Below are positions 9,594 to 20,159 of a stretch of 64,000 nt of DNA, one piece after another. This DNA is from Candidatus Aegiribacteria sp. (lineage in GTDB: Bacteria; Fermentibacterota; Fermentibacteria; Fermentibacterales; JCC-6). The stretch lies in assembly GCA_030610085.1 (NCBI GenBank), contig JAUWSL010000001.1, positions 2,740 through 66,739 on the forward strand. Direction: 5' to 3'. Numbering within the stretch: the stretch's first letter is position 1; each line of letters starts with the position of its first letter. The notes under the pieces are model-generated. The model had not been told where the DNA came from, did not search any database, and saw nothing but the letters and a program-made list of their open reading frames with translations. A program made the translations under genes and the position numbers.

Positions 9594-12080
9594 ATGACCA
9601 AAAGGGTTGAAGGAGACCAGTTGAGCAGCAGCCAGAATAAAAAAGCGGACATCATTGATATAGAAGAAGAAATGAAACGTTCATATATGGACTATTCCAT
9701 GAGCGTCATCGTTTCAAGAGCCCTGCCGGACGTTAGAGACGGCCTTAAGCCGGTTCACAGAAGAATTCTGTATTCGATGTATGAGCAGAAACTTACACAC
9801 AAACGCGCGTACAGGAAATCAGCCACGGTTGTCGGCAATGTACTTGGAAAATACCACCCCCACGGGGACTCCGCGGTTTACGATGCCATGGTCAGAATGG
9901 CGCAGGACTTCTCTCTCCTGCACCCTCTTGTGGACGGACAGGGCAACTTCGGATCAATAGATGGTGATCCAGCCGCTGCATACAGATATACTGAAGCCAG
10001 AATGTCCAGAATAGGCTCGGAAATGCTTCGCGATATCGATAAGGAAACCGTGAATATGGTTCCTAATTTCGATGATCGGCTGAAGGAACCTTCAATACTG
10101 CCCTCTGGAATACCGAATCTTCTTGTCAACGGTTCATCGGGTATAGCTGTTGGAATGGCTACAAACATCCCGCCACACAATCTTCGCGAGATAGTAAGTG
10201 CATGCTGCAGCATCATTGAGAATCCCGACATTACAGAAGAAGAGCTGTTCAGCATAGTCAAGGGACCGGATTTTCCAACTGGCGGCATAATAACCGGTAT
10301 CAGGGGTATCAGAGATTGTTACAGGACCGGAAAGGGATCGATCCTTGTCCGCGCAAGGATCAGTATTGAAGAGGCCCCAAGGGACAGGGAAGCCATAATA
10401 GTCACGGAGATTCCGTACCAGGTGAACAAGACCAGGCTCATAGAGAGTATCGCCGAGCTGGTAAAGCAGAAAAAAATCGTCTCCATAGCAGACCTCCGCG
10501 ATGAATCCGACAGAGAAGGCATGCGAATCGTCATTGTGCTGAAGAACGATGCTCTTTCGGAAGTAGTACTTAACCAGCTTTACAAGCACACCAGCCTGGC
10601 AAAGACATTCGGGGCGAACTGCCTTGCGCTCTGCAACGGAAAGCCTCTCAGGCTTACTCTGCGAAAATTTCTGGATTACTACATAGAGCACAGGCACGAT
10701 GTTATTAATAGACGGATAACGTTCGACCTTGCAAAGGCTGAAGAAAGAACACACATTGTTGAAGGCCTGCTTAAGGCACAGGATTCGATCGAAGAAGTAA
10801 TAAGGGTCATACGGGAATCCGGCAACAGTGATGAAGCCAGATCCGCGCTTGTTGCTCAATTCGGATTCTCTGATATCCAGGCCCAGGCGATACTTGATAT
10901 GCGACTGAGAAAACTCACCGGCCTTGAAAGGGAAGAGCTGGAGAAAGAGCACAACGAACTGAAAATCCTTCTGGAAGAACTCAGAGAATTCGCGGCGGAC
11001 AGGTCAAAGAGGATGCAGATCGTTGCTGCCGAATTGGTGGGAATCGCCGAAGAATACGGCAGGGAGCGTAAAACGGAAATACTGCCCTACTCCCCCGGAG
11101 AAATAGACATCGAGGATCTTATTCCCGACGACGAGATGGTAATTACCGTATCCCGGGAGGGCTACATTAAAAGACTCTCATCGGACACGTACAAGATCCA
11201 GCACAGGGGAGGTAAAGGTATTACCGGGGCAAAGACCCGGGAAGAGGACTCCCTTGAACAGATCTTCATTTCTTCAAATCATAGTTATATCCTGTTCTTC
11301 ACCAACCAGGGAAGATGTTATTGGCTCAAGGTTTACATGATCCCTGAGGCGGGGCGCATCAGTAAAGGAAAAGCAATAGTAAATCTTCTGGACCTTGAAC
11401 CGGAGGAGAGGCCGGTTGCCAATGTCTGTGTGAAGGAATTTGACAAAGACAGATTCATACTTATGGCCACCAGCAACGGCCAGGTGAAGAAAACTACTCT
11501 TTCAAGCTACAGTCATCCGAGGAAAAATGGGATATGGGCTATCAAGCTTGATAACAACGCTGAGCTGGTCTCCGCTGCGCTTACCGACGGCAGCGGCTGG
11601 ATTTTCCTTGCCCTTGCCAGCGGAAAAGCCAATATGTTTTCCGAGAAAGAAGTCCGGCCCATGGGCAGGCACACCAGAGGAGTAAGAGGAATCAGGGTTG
11701 CTCAGAAAGACAGGCTGGTTGGCATGGTAGCTATGGAGAATCGCGGAAGCCTGCTTACGGTAACCGAAGGCGGATATGGTAAAAGGACCTCATCTGACGA
11801 GTACAGGCTTACCCACAGAGGAAGCCGCGGAGTGATAAATATCCGCAATATTGAAAGAAACGGACCGGTCATATCAGTAATGCAGGTTTCCGAAGAGGAT
11901 GAGTTGATCCTTATCTCCGCTTCTGGAATGATAATAAGGCTTCCCGTTGAACAGATCAGGGAGATGGGGCGTAATACAATGGGAGTCAGGCTGATGAATC
12001 TGCCCGAGGAAGACAGGGTTGTAGACGCGACCGCTGTACATCCAGGTGATGATAACGTGGATCAGGGAGAAACGGAATAG
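9594..12080 (+). CDS. gyrA: DNA gyrase subunit A
   Basis: [27 protein letters not shown], GyrA-box QHRGGKG, beta-pinwheel repeats. Confidence 0.98.
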   Translation: MTKRVEGDQLSSSQNKKADIIDIEEEMKRSYMDYSMSVIVSRALPDVRDGLKPVHRRILYSMYEQKLTHKRAYRKSATVVGNVLGKYHPHGDSAVYDAMVRMAQDFSLLHPLVDGQGNFGSIDGDPAAAYRYTEARMSRIGSEMLRDIDKETVNMVPNFDDRLKEPSILPSGIPNLLVNGSSGIAVGMATNIPPHNLREIVSACCSIIENPDITEEELFSIVKGPDFPTGGIITGIRGIRDCYRTGKGSILVRARISIEEAPRDREAIIVTEIPYQVNKTRLIESIAELVKQKKIVSIADLRDESDREGMRIVIVLKNDALSEVVLNQLYKHTSLAKTFGANCLALCNGKPLRLTLRKFLDYYIEHRHDVINRRITFDLAKAEERTHIVEGLLKAQDSIEEVIRVIRESGNSDEARSALVAQFGFSDIQAQAILDMRLRKLTGLEREELEKEHNELKILLEELREFAADRSKRMQIVAAELVGIAEEYGRERKTEILPYSPGEIDIEDLIPDDEMVITVSREGYIKRLSSDTYKIQHRGGKGITGAKTREEDSLEQIFISSNHSYILFFTNQGRCYWLKVYMIPEAGRISKGKAIVNLLDLEPEERPVANVCVKEFDKDRFILMATSNGQVKKTTLSSYSHPRKNGIWAIKLDNNAELVSAALTDGSGWIFLALASGKANMFSEKEVRPMGRHTRGVRGIRVAQKDRLVGMVAMENRGSLLTVTEGGYGKRTSSDEYRLTHRGSRGVINIRNIERNGPVISVMQVSEEDELILISASGMIIRLPVEQIREMGRNTMGVRLMNLPEEDRVVDATAVHPGDDNVDQGETE

Positions 12081-12139
12081 ACGTTCAGGAAAAAGTACGG
12101 AGCATCGAAGAATGGAGCAAGGAAAATCAACTTCGCTCC

Positions 12140-15100
12140 GTGAAACCTCCCGAGGTGGGAAAGGGTTTCAGCCTTCCAGAAAAGAATCTTGATACTTCAA
12201 TTGTTTCCCCAGAAACAAGAAACAGGGTTCTGGAGATCCGTCTTTTTTCAAGTGAATGGAAAGCCGCCGGAAACGCCCTGGCGCATCTTCTTACGACGAT
12301 AAAAGACAGCGATGTAGATAAACTTCTTAAACATCTGTCTAATATGCAGACACCACCACCGATCATTGAAGACGCGGCGGTCAAGTGGTTTGCAGCCCTG
12401 ACTAACCTCCCTTCGGATGCCGTTGTTGTAGCAGTTCAGGAATTCTTCCATCTCAGCTGGGTATGGAATCAGATCGGTCCACGTACAGGACTTGTGTTTG
12501 ATGACCTTATGTCGTTGTTATACAAGGTTTTTTTTGTTCTTGCTGAAACTCCGGGAGACCTTTCTCTAGCCGAAAACCTGATTCATGAAGGCATTAGATG
12601 GCCTGAACGATTCGGTTTTATGCTAGAAAGAACGAGGATAGGCGGCGGGAATATCGTGCGGGCTCTTCAGCGCGCAGCTGAGGTAATGAAAACAGCACCC
12701 CCTGTTGTGCGGGGAACCCTTATCGATTTCGCTGTTGAGACCGGATGGTATCTTCTAACAAAAGATGACTCCCCCGTTTGGAGAGCGATTGGAAGGAACG
12801 GGGAATCTCTCTTCAGGAAAATGAGGGGATTTTCCACAAAGATAGAAACCATCCGTACTCTCTCGGGATTTCTCGGAAAGCTGGAAGAATCGGAACAGCT
12901 GCAACCGCTGCTTGAAGACGCGATGAAGAGTGTAGTCACCGATGTAGTCGGCAGCACAACTGAACAGGAAATGGAAGAGATTGTTGGCAGTATTTCCGAA
13001 CAGGCTAAAGAAACGCTTAAAAGAAGGGCTGAGAGAAATATTAACTTTGATATCATAGATCTGCCCCTCACAGAAAGCGGAACCTCGTTCAAGTACGGAA
13101 GAGCTATTGCTGAAATGTTCCTGTTCGCCGGGGCGGGCAGAGCCTTCTATAACAGTTTCCGTGAAACATATTCCATAGCAATAGAGACGGAAGATAACAA
13201 CCTGGTAATAATGATTTCCAGACTTGCCCGCGAAAGAAGCGGAACCGAGTATCTGGAGAACAGCAAAACCGAATTTTACATTGATTTCATTCCCATAGCA
13301 CTGCAGTTTCTTAAGGGGAAGACCAGTAATATAGAGATCAGGCGGGTCGTTAATTCTGTTGGAAGTCTGATGGACTCGATTCTCAGCCAGGTTGACCCTG
13401 AAGCTGCATTAGAATCCATGAACAACTATCTGGCTGAGGTTGAGATCAGCTATGACAAACTGCTGCCGACACTGATACTGCTGATCAGCTCGACCAAGAT
13501 AGTCAAGTTTCCTGACCTTATCACAAAAAGCGAGGTGTTCGTAGGTATCCTTGATCTGTTGGATGTCACCTGCAGGAAAAGACTGCTGGAAGGTGAACAG
13601 ACAGAATGGCTTACACCACTGGCAGAAGAACCCGTCGATTTAGCCCGGCTTATCATGCGCACTCTTGGTATTATAAATAGTGAAGACCTCCGTGGAAGAT
13701 TCATGGATAAGGTTATCGCACCTCTTCTGCAGGGAACGGATGCGAAGGATCCAATATTCACCGAGCTTATTTCGACCGCTGTTTCTACATATAACAGAGA
13801 AATGAGCATAGATCAGCTAAGAAAAGAAGAAACATCGCTCCTTGGGAAACTGTTCAGAGCAGAGGACAGGAGCAAGGCTCTCAAGCAGACAATGGAAAAT
13901 CTGCTCAGGATTCCGGGGATAGAGGAAAAGAAGGCCAACGACCTTATCTATTCCTCAAAAATGCTCTGCGATATCCTTTCACAGCAGGCAGTCTGGATAG
14001 AGAAAACAGGGCACAGGACATTCAGTAAATTCCTTTCCTACGGGCTTACGGCTTTCGTAAAAACCCTTGTGGAGCACCCTGATGTAGCCGAAAAAATAAC
14101 CGGTAGTTTCATGAGACATATGCTCGATACAATAATTCCTTCAAAAGAGACAGAGGACAGTAATGTGGCTCTGTGGCAGCTGAAGACTGCCGCGCTGTAC
14201 TTTGGAAAGACAATACCGCTTACGACCGAGCTTATTGCCGACAGGCCTGACACTCTAATCCCTTACTTCATCGAGATCTCTGAGCTCTGTGTTGCTTCCA
14301 AGTATGGAGAACCTGCTGGAGCTGAATTTCTGTCATGGATGTCCCACAGGCTTGAATCGGAGCTTATAAGTGAATTCGCAAGAAAGCTGAACGAGGATAC
14401 TCCGTATGCTGAATTCAAGGAACAGTTCGATGCCACAGGTCTTATGGAAAAATGGCGAAGCATAAGGGACGCATCCTCTGAAATAATTAAAGATATGGTG
14501 GAATCACTTCAGGTACTTTCCAGTAACCCCATGTACAGGCAGATACTTCTTCGCGAGGGACGCAAACTCATAGAGGGTTTTATCGAGCACGGATGCGGTG
14601 ATATCATATCCGGTTATTCGGGACAGACCTCCAGCGATGAAATACAGAAACTCAGAAAAATCGCTAAGGGCGGCGATATCATCGATATCTTCAGAGTCCT
14701 GGAGAACGACAGTGAAGAAGATTCAGCCGGGGAGATTCCCGAAGAGGTAAGAAACTATTTCCAGGAACAGTCACACCCTCCTGGTCAGAACGTGTGCAGG
14801 TATTGGCGGAAGAATGTTTTTTCCACGCTTGAAAATGTTCTGTTGGACATAATACTGCTTTGTGATGATAAAAAGAGCCTGGAAAAGATAGAACTGATGA
14901 TAGATGACTTTGTAGAAATAACAGGATATCTAGGTGCCGATGATGATTTTAAACCTGATATAATTCTTACAGCTCTTGAAAAATCTCTTTCCAGATCAGG
15001 GAGCACCGGGAAGCTTACTGTCAGCGCTGCTGTTAAGAATCTTGATAAGAATGTATACAAGCTGATGTGGCTCAGAAAAGCCACCAGAAAAGCAACACAA

Positions 15101-15730
15101 TCGGTTTCCGGCTACATCCCCGGCAGGAAGATTTCCATCAGGCTGTTTGACAGAATGTCGAGGGAAAAGTCCGCTCAGCAGCAGATACTTTTCATGAAGC
15201 ATTTTGGTAGAATCTTTGCTTCACTGGAAAGCGAGATAATGAAGAGGAAACCCAGCGAGATCAAATCGGTTAGATCAGTTCTGGAACATATCTGGATATT
15301 CAACCCCGATGCGGCAAAACCAGGATCTGTAGTTGATACCGCAAGGGATGCCGTGGAAACAGTGACTCAGTTCTTCCTTGAAATCGCGACCAGGACGGGT
15401 GAGGTAACAGCACCACAGGCGGGGGCAATAAGCCTTGGTATGAGACGTAAGTATAGAGACAACGCAAACACCGTTGCGATTCTGATCAAATGGACCCAGG
15501 ATTCGTCACGCTCAGACCTTCTTACTCTTGTGGAAGGTCATCAGCCGCTACTTGAAGCTGTCAGCAGGGACAGTGAGCTGATTCAAATGATAGATAACCT
15601 GTGGAGCATCGGTAAGGCCAGGCTGTATATAAGATCCCTTGCAGACAGGCCGGACAAACTGAAAAAACGTCTAATCCGCTTCGTTGGAGATAACGCTGCT
15701 GAAAAAAATGACGGCATACGCTACACCTAG
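12140..15730 (+). CDS. Large hypothetical protein (1196 aa, apparently helical)
   Basis: Long uninterrupted ORF co-oriented with neighbours; no motif recognised. Confidence 0.8.
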   Translation: MKPPEVGKGFSLPEKNLDTSIVSPETRNRVLEIRLFSSEWKAAGNALAHLLTTIKDSDVDKLLKHLSNMQTPPPIIEDAAVKWFAALTNLPSDAVVVAVQEFFHLSWVWNQIGPRTGLVFDDLMSLLYKVFFVLAETPGDLSLAENLIHEGIRWPERFGFMLERTRIGGGNIVRALQRAAEVMKTAPPVVRGTLIDFAVETGWYLLTKDDSPVWRAIGRNGESLFRKMRGFSTKIETIRTLSGFLGKLEESEQLQPLLEDAMKSVVTDVVGSTTEQEMEEIVGSISEQAKETLKRRAERNINFDIIDLPLTESGTSFKYGRAIAEMFLFAGAGRAFYNSFRETYSIAIETEDNNLVIMISRLARERSGTEYLENSKTEFYIDFIPIALQFLKGKTSNIEIRRVVNSVGSLMDSILSQVDPEAALESMNNYLAEVEISYDKLLPTLILLISSTKIVKFPDLITKSEVFVGILDLLDVTCRKRLLEGEQTEWLTPLAEEPVDLARLIMRTLGIINSEDLRGRFMDKVIAPLLQGTDAKDPIFTELISTAVSTYNREMSIDQLRKEETSLLGKLFRAEDRSKALKQTMENLLRIPGIEEKKANDLIYSSKMLCDILSQQAVWIEKTGHRTFSKFLSYGLTAFVKTLVEHPDVAEKITGSFMRHMLDTIIPSKETEDSNVALWQLKTAALYFGKTIPLTTELIADRPDTLIPYFIEISELCVASKYGEPAGAEFLSWMSHRLESELISEFARKLNEDTPYAEFKEQFDATGLMEKWRSIRDASSEIIKDMVESLQVLSSNPMYRQILLREGRKLIEGFIEHGCGDIISGYSGQTSSDEIQKLRKIAKGGDIIDIFRVLENDSEEDSAGEIPEEVRNYFQEQSHPPGQNVCRYWRKNVFSTLENVLLDIILLCDDKKSLEKIELMIDDFVEITGYLGADDDFKPDIILTALEKSLSRSGSTGKLTVSAAVKNLDKNVYKLMWLRKATRKATQSVSGYIPGRKISIRLFDRMSREKSAQQQILFMKHFGRIFASLESEIMKRKPSEIKSVRSVLEHIWIFNPDAAKPGSVVDTARDAVETVTQFFLEIATRTGEVTAPQAGAISLGMRRKYRDNANTVAILIKWTQDSSRSDLLTLVEGHQPLLEAVSRDSELIQMIDNLWSIGKARLYIRSLADRPDKLKKRLIRFVGDNAAEKNDGIRYT

Positions 15731-15757
15731 ACTGTATATCACCTGCGGAGCTTGTTA

Positions 15758-16762
15758 ATGCATGCTAATCCCCAGAATGGATCCATTGCGAACATAGCTA
15801 TCGTTTCTACCGGGGGCACTATAGAAATGCTGCCGGACCGCGGAGGACTTGATATCTCAGGTCATCATGATTCCCTTCACATACAGGGAGATGTAACCCC
15901 TCCTTCAATTGATGTTGAGCATATCAGGTTCTGTAACGTTCCCAGTCCTTCGATATCACCAGAAATGATGACTCAACTCTGCCTTAAACTGGAAGAATTG
16001 ATCTCAAGCGGGAGGTACCACGGGATCGTAGTCACCCACGGAACCGATACTCTTGAGGAAAGCGCTTTCCTGGCCGACATCTATCTCAGGGGGACAATTC
16101 CAGTTGTTTTTACCGCTGCAATGAGAAGCCAGTCCGAAATGGGCGTCGATGGACCAAGAAACGTAAGGGGAGCGTTGCTGACTGCCTCAAAGTATGAAGT
16201 TCATAAATTGGGAGTTACAGTAGTTCTTAACGATGAAATTCATTCCGCAAGCAGGGTCACAAAAACGTACACAAGCAACGTAAGCAGCTTCAAATCACCG
16301 GGCTACGGCCCCCTTGGGTTTGTCGATCAGGACAGGGTAATGATTCAGCGAAAACCCATGTGGAGGATCCAGCTTCCGAAGTGCAGACTTAAACTTGATC
16401 AAAGGGTTGGACTTGTCAGAACAGCCGCGGGGCTTGGAGCCAGGGAAATAAGATACTGTGTAGACTGTGGCGATAAGGCACTGGTTGTTGAAGCCCTTGG
16501 ACGGGGAAATGTGCCGCCCGATGTCGCAGAAGCTGTCCAGTATGCTGTTGAGCGGGGAACAGTTGTGTGTGTAACAAGCAGATGTTATATCGGAAGGGTT
16601 CTGGGAGTATATAACTATCCAGGAGGTGGCGCAGACCTTGAGAGAAAGGGAGCGATTCTTGCTGGTGATATGCAGGGGCACAAGCTCAGACTTTTACTGA
16701 TGGCATCACTTGGAATAGGCCTGAACATGAAGAATATCAGGAAATTACTGGAAAGACTGTAA
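15758..16762 (+). CDS. Asparaginase
   Basis: STGGTI and HGTDTLEES catalytic motifs; no signal peptide; GGAG RBS before ATG 15758. Confidence 0.92.
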   Translation: MHANPQNGSIANIAIVSTGGTIEMLPDRGGLDISGHHDSLHIQGDVTPPSIDVEHIRFCNVPSPSISPEMMTQLCLKLEELISSGRYHGIVVTHGTDTLEESAFLADIYLRGTIPVVFTAAMRSQSEMGVDGPRNVRGALLTASKYEVHKLGVTVVLNDEIHSASRVTKTYTSNVSSFKSPGYGPLGFVDQDRVMIQRKPMWRIQLPKCRLKLDQRVGLVRTAAGLGAREIRYCVDCGDKALVVEALGRGNVPPDVAEAVQYAVERGTVVCVTSRCYIGRVLGVYNYPGGGADLERKGAILAGDMQGHKLRLLLMASLGIGLNMKNIRKLLERL

Positions 16763-16776
16763 CGAGCCTTAGTTTG

Positions 16777-16806
16777 TTGACAAGTAAGAACCCTTTGTCG
16801 TAGTTT
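16777..16806 (+). promoter_or_regulatory. Candidate sigma70 promoter
   Basis: TTGACA-N18-TAGTTT upstream of the 16839 gene. Confidence 0.45.
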
Positions 16807-16838
16807 ACCGCATGCGGAATAAGAAAAGGCAGGTGTAA

Positions 16839-17189
16839 ATGCCTGAAAAGGGTTTCACGGCGACGTTTATCTCCAACACAGGTAAAACGCTTCACCAGTT
16901 CAATATAGTAGGATGGAAGCTATATCTGGCAAGGGTTCTAATGGCACTTGTAGTGTTGCTTTTGTCGTCAGCTGCAATAATCGTAGCGTACGGCCTGATT
17001 AATGCAGGTGATACTGCAAAACTGAGAAGTGATATATTGCATCTGCAGGATTCACTTGCCGCAAGAAGGAATATTGAAGACAGGGTGGAAAGTTTGGAAT
17101 ATGAAATCCAGCAACGGCACGAATACAGGCAGAAGCTGGAGAACATTGCTGCAGGAATCCCCGTACCGGAGGATTCCCTTGAGCAATAG
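16839..17189 (+). CDS. Single-TM coiled-coil protein upstream of bactofilin
   Basis: Short N-terminal segment, hydrophobic VLMALVVLLLSSAAIIVAYGLI, heptad-rich C-terminus. Confidence 0.75.
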   Translation: MPEKGFTATFISNTGKTLHQFNIVGWKLYLARVLMALVVLLLSSAAIIVAYGLINAGDTAKLRSDILHLQDSLAARRNIEDRVESLEYEIQQRHEYRQKLENIAAGIPVPEDSLEQ

Positions 17190-17212
17190 TGGAAAAGAGG
17201 AAATAAAAGAAC

Positions 17213-17569
17213 ATGTCTAAAAAGGAATTGTCCTCAACGATAGACTCCATTCTTGGTTCCGGGAGTCTGTGCAAGGGCGCCATCAAAGTAGACGGCGGCC
17301 TTAGAATTGATGGTACCGTGGACGGAGAGGTTGTTGTTACCGGAACACTGACTGTTGGCCGTGAAGGAGTAATAACCGGAAACGTGACCGTAAGCCAGGC
17401 TGTTGTAGGCGGCAAGATCCAGGGTACCGTCAGGGCCGAGTATCATCTTGAGCTGCAGAGTGGATCAAGCGTTGAAGGTGACATTTTCACGCGGTCCCTC
17501 ATTATAGAGGACGGAGTTTTCTTCGAGGGATCATGCAAGATGAGCCATGGTAACAATTCGGAAGCTTGA
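17213..17569 (+). CDS. Bactofilin (polymer-forming cytoskeletal protein)
   Basis: LRIDG.V.G, L.VG..G.I.G.V, V.GDI....L.IEDG.FFEG.C.M beta-helix pattern. Confidence 0.93.
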   Translation: MSKKELSSTIDSILGSGSLCKGAIKVDGGLRIDGTVDGEVVVTGTLTVGREGVITGNVTVSQAVVGGKIQGTVRAEYHLELQSGSSVEGDIFTRSLIIEDGVFFEGSCKMSHGNNSEA

Positions 17570-17675
17570 TGTGGAAATTGTGGAAAAGTATTGAAAAATG
17601 TGGATAATTCTGTAATATGCTGATATACAATAATTTATAAAATCACTTAAAGTAGTTTCATAAGTAATATCCACA
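17570..17675. promoter_or_regulatory. DnaA-box cluster
   Basis: TGTGGAAAT 17570, TGTGGAAAA 17579, TATTGAAAA 17589, TGTGGATAA 17599, AT-rich spacer, opposite-facing ATATCCACA 17667-17675. Confidence 0.75.
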
Positions 17676-17773
17676 ACAGACTCTGTTATGGAGGTATAGC
17701 ACAAATCGGGAGATCTAACTCCCATTACGATACTCTGTGCTGCACCTGCGATTCATTCGAAAGGCTGGTTTTA

Positions 17774-18094
17774 ATGTCAAAGCTGGGAGAACTTCACAGG
17801 GAAGAAGAAAAAGCTCAGCTGGAGCTGGAAAAAGCCGAGAAGGAAGCCCTCAGGATACAAATGTCCATACCTGAACAGCTGAACGAGCAGAATTTTGAAA
17901 GAGACGCCGGGCTGAAGAAAATCGCGCAACTTGCCGAGGCAGAAGTCGAGGAAATAATAGCCGCGCTGTCAGAAACCCTTGCCATCGAAACGACGGATAA
18001 GCTCGGGCAGCTAGCCGGGAAAACAGACATCCTTGAGAAAGCAGCGACAGAAAGTCTCCGGGAATATATCCTGAGAAGCGGGGGCCAGGGTTAA
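17774..18094 (+). CDS. V/A-type ATPase subunit H/G-like (peripheral stalk)
   Basis: 106 aa charged coiled coil, first gene of the ATPase operon, overlaps subunit I start. Confidence 0.7.
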   Translation: MSKLGELHREEEKAQLELEKAEKEALRIQMSIPEQLNEQNFERDAGLKKIAQLAEAEVEEIIAALSETLAIETTDKLGQLAGKTDILEKAATESLREYILRSGGQG

Positions 18095-20121
18095 TGAGTC
18101 TGGATGCAGTTTCCAAGATAGAAATTCTATGTCATTCGCTCAGAAGGGAAATGGTTCTCAATACCATTGAATCATCCGGCAAAGTTCAGCTGATCGATCT
18201 GTCTGAATTGGATATATCTGAGGAGGAAAGCTTCCTCAAGCCAGCAAGTATGAATACCGAAGAGCTGGTTGAGAAAATTTCCAGTCTTGAAAAAGCGATA
18301 CTTTTTCTTCGGGAGGAAACCACCGGTGAAGTTGACGTTTCACGTTCTCAACCCCCTTCTGTAAAAGAAGAAGAACTTATGCTCCTCCTTGCAGACAGGC
18401 GATTGCTTGAGGACGCCCGAAGAGCCTGGTTCGTAGCTGTACAAAAAGCCAAGCTCGAGGGAGCGGAGAAGGAGCTTCTGCAGGAGGAGGAATTTCTGCT
18501 GTTCTGGCAGCAACTTCCAGTTACATTTGAGGAGCTGCGCAGAAAAGGTGCCTGCCGTATGGTTGCGGGTGTGCTTGAAAAGGACGCTATCGAAAAAGCG
18601 CATCTTCTTGAGGAAGATATTCCGCTGTTCCACATAGAGGTTCTTCATAAAGAAAAAAATACGGAGAATGTTGTTGTGGTCACTCACGAATCGGTTACCC
18701 GTGACGTAATGCAGGCTCTGGGAGAGATAGGATTCTCACAGCAGGATTTTGGTATGCGAACAGGCATGGTTCCCGAACAGCTTGAAGAGGTTCGTCGGGA
18801 AATAGAGCTGATTCGAAGAAGAATGTCAGCGCTTCATAACAGAGCTGTAAAACTCGCATCTGAAATGGGCAGGTTCCGCACCCTTCTGGATGCAGCAGGC
18901 CTTCTTCTTGAGCGAACGCTCGCAACAAGATCCGCTTACTCAAGCTCCAATATTTATCTGTTCAAAGCGTGGATCCGCACAGCTGACCTTGAGGATTTTA
19001 CAGAAATCCTCAATCAACTGGGGGAAGTTTCGATTGAAGAAATAGAACCGGAAGAGGGAGAAATACCTCCTTCTCCGCTGACGGAAAAGGCTGCCGCTGC
19101 ACCATACACCCTTCTTACCGACATGTACGGACAGCCAACAAGAAAAGACCCGGATCCGACACCTTTGGTGGCACCATTTTATGCTTTCTTCTTTGGAATA
19201 TGCATAGGGGATGCGGGTTACGGGATAGCGCTTGCGCTGGGCTGCGCTGCTGGATGGTATCTGGTCCGAAGAAGACACGGAAATCCGAGGCTGTTTCAGC
19301 TGCTTTTCCAGGGCGGATTAGCAAGTATTGTAGTTGGTATTTTCCTTGGAGGCTGGTTCGGTATATCATTTGACAGCCTGCCGGGGTTCCTTCAGGCGCC
19401 AGCTAACCTTCTGAACGGCATGCTTCCGGGGTATCAGCCGGGACAGCCTGGACAGGAAGGGTTCGGAGTATCGAAGCATTTCCTTTACCTTACACTGGGG
19501 CTGGGACTTGTGCAGCTGACTGCTGGAATAATAGTAAACCTGGTAAAACGGTGGAAAGCAGGTGAAAAATTCGCAGCGGTTGTTGATCAGTCCGGCTGGC
19601 TGCTTGCCACCGCGGGTCTTTTCCCATGGCTTTTTAACAATTACCTCCTGAATGGAACCCTTTACGACATGAACGGTCCACTGGATAAAATTTTCATCTA
19701 CATGCTTGCGGCGGGTGCTCTACTGATATTCATCATGGGCGGGCGCGCTGCAAAGGGATTCGGTAAGATAGGCCTTGGAGCTTATGCGTTGTACGGTATA
19801 GTCAACCTTCTTGGAGACGTACTTTCATATTCAAGACTTTTCGCCCTTGCTCTCTCCAGTGCCATAATAGCACAGGTTATCAACCAGATAGCAGGAATGC
19901 TTCTGCATCAGATAGGAATACCTGTACTTGGAATAGTGCTTGCGGTCATCGTGGTTATTGGAGGGCATACATTCAACATGGCCATGGCCGCCCTCAGCGG
20001 TTTCATCCATACAGCAAGACTGCAATTTGTTGAGTTCTTCGGGAAATTCTACGACGGAACCGGTGTTCCGTTCAAACCCCTTAGATACGAACCGAAATAT
20101 GTACATATTGAAAGAAAATAG
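18094..20121 (+). CDS. ntpI: V/A-type ATP synthase subunit I (a)
   Basis: DPTP...PFY.FFFG...GDAGYG, DVLSYSRLFAL, H..RLQFVEFFGKFY. Confidence 0.95.
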   Translation: MSLDAVSKIEILCHSLRREMVLNTIESSGKVQLIDLSELDISEEESFLKPASMNTEELVEKISSLEKAILFLREETTGEVDVSRSQPPSVKEEELMLLLADRRLLEDARRAWFVAVQKAKLEGAEKELLQEEEFLLFWQQLPVTFEELRRKGACRMVAGVLEKDAIEKAHLLEEDIPLFHIEVLHKEKNTENVVVVTHESVTRDVMQALGEIGFSQQDFGMRTGMVPEQLEEVRREIELIRRRMSALHNRAVKLASEMGRFRTLLDAAGLLLERTLATRSAYSSSNIYLFKAWIRTADLEDFTEILNQLGEVSIEEIEPEEGEIPPSPLTEKAAAAPYTLLTDMYGQPTRKDPDPTPLVAPFYAFFFGICIGDAGYGIALALGCAAGWYLVRRRHGNPRLFQLLFQGGLASIVVGIFLGGWFGISFDSLPGFLQAPANLLNGMLPGYQPGQPGQEGFGVSKHFLYLTLGLGLVQLTAGIIVNLVKRWKAGEKFAAVVDQSGWLLATAGLFPWLFNNYLLNGTLYDMNGPLDKIFIYMLAAGALLIFIMGGRAAKGFGKIGLGAYALYGIVNLLGDVLSYSRLFALALSSAIIAQVINQIAGMLLHQIGIPVLGIVLAVIVVIGGHTFNMAMAALSGFIHTARLQFVEFFGKFYDGTGVPFKPLRYEPKYVHIERK

Positions 20122-20159
20122 AAACACAGCTCTTGTATAGGAGTGAAGGGAGACGATAA

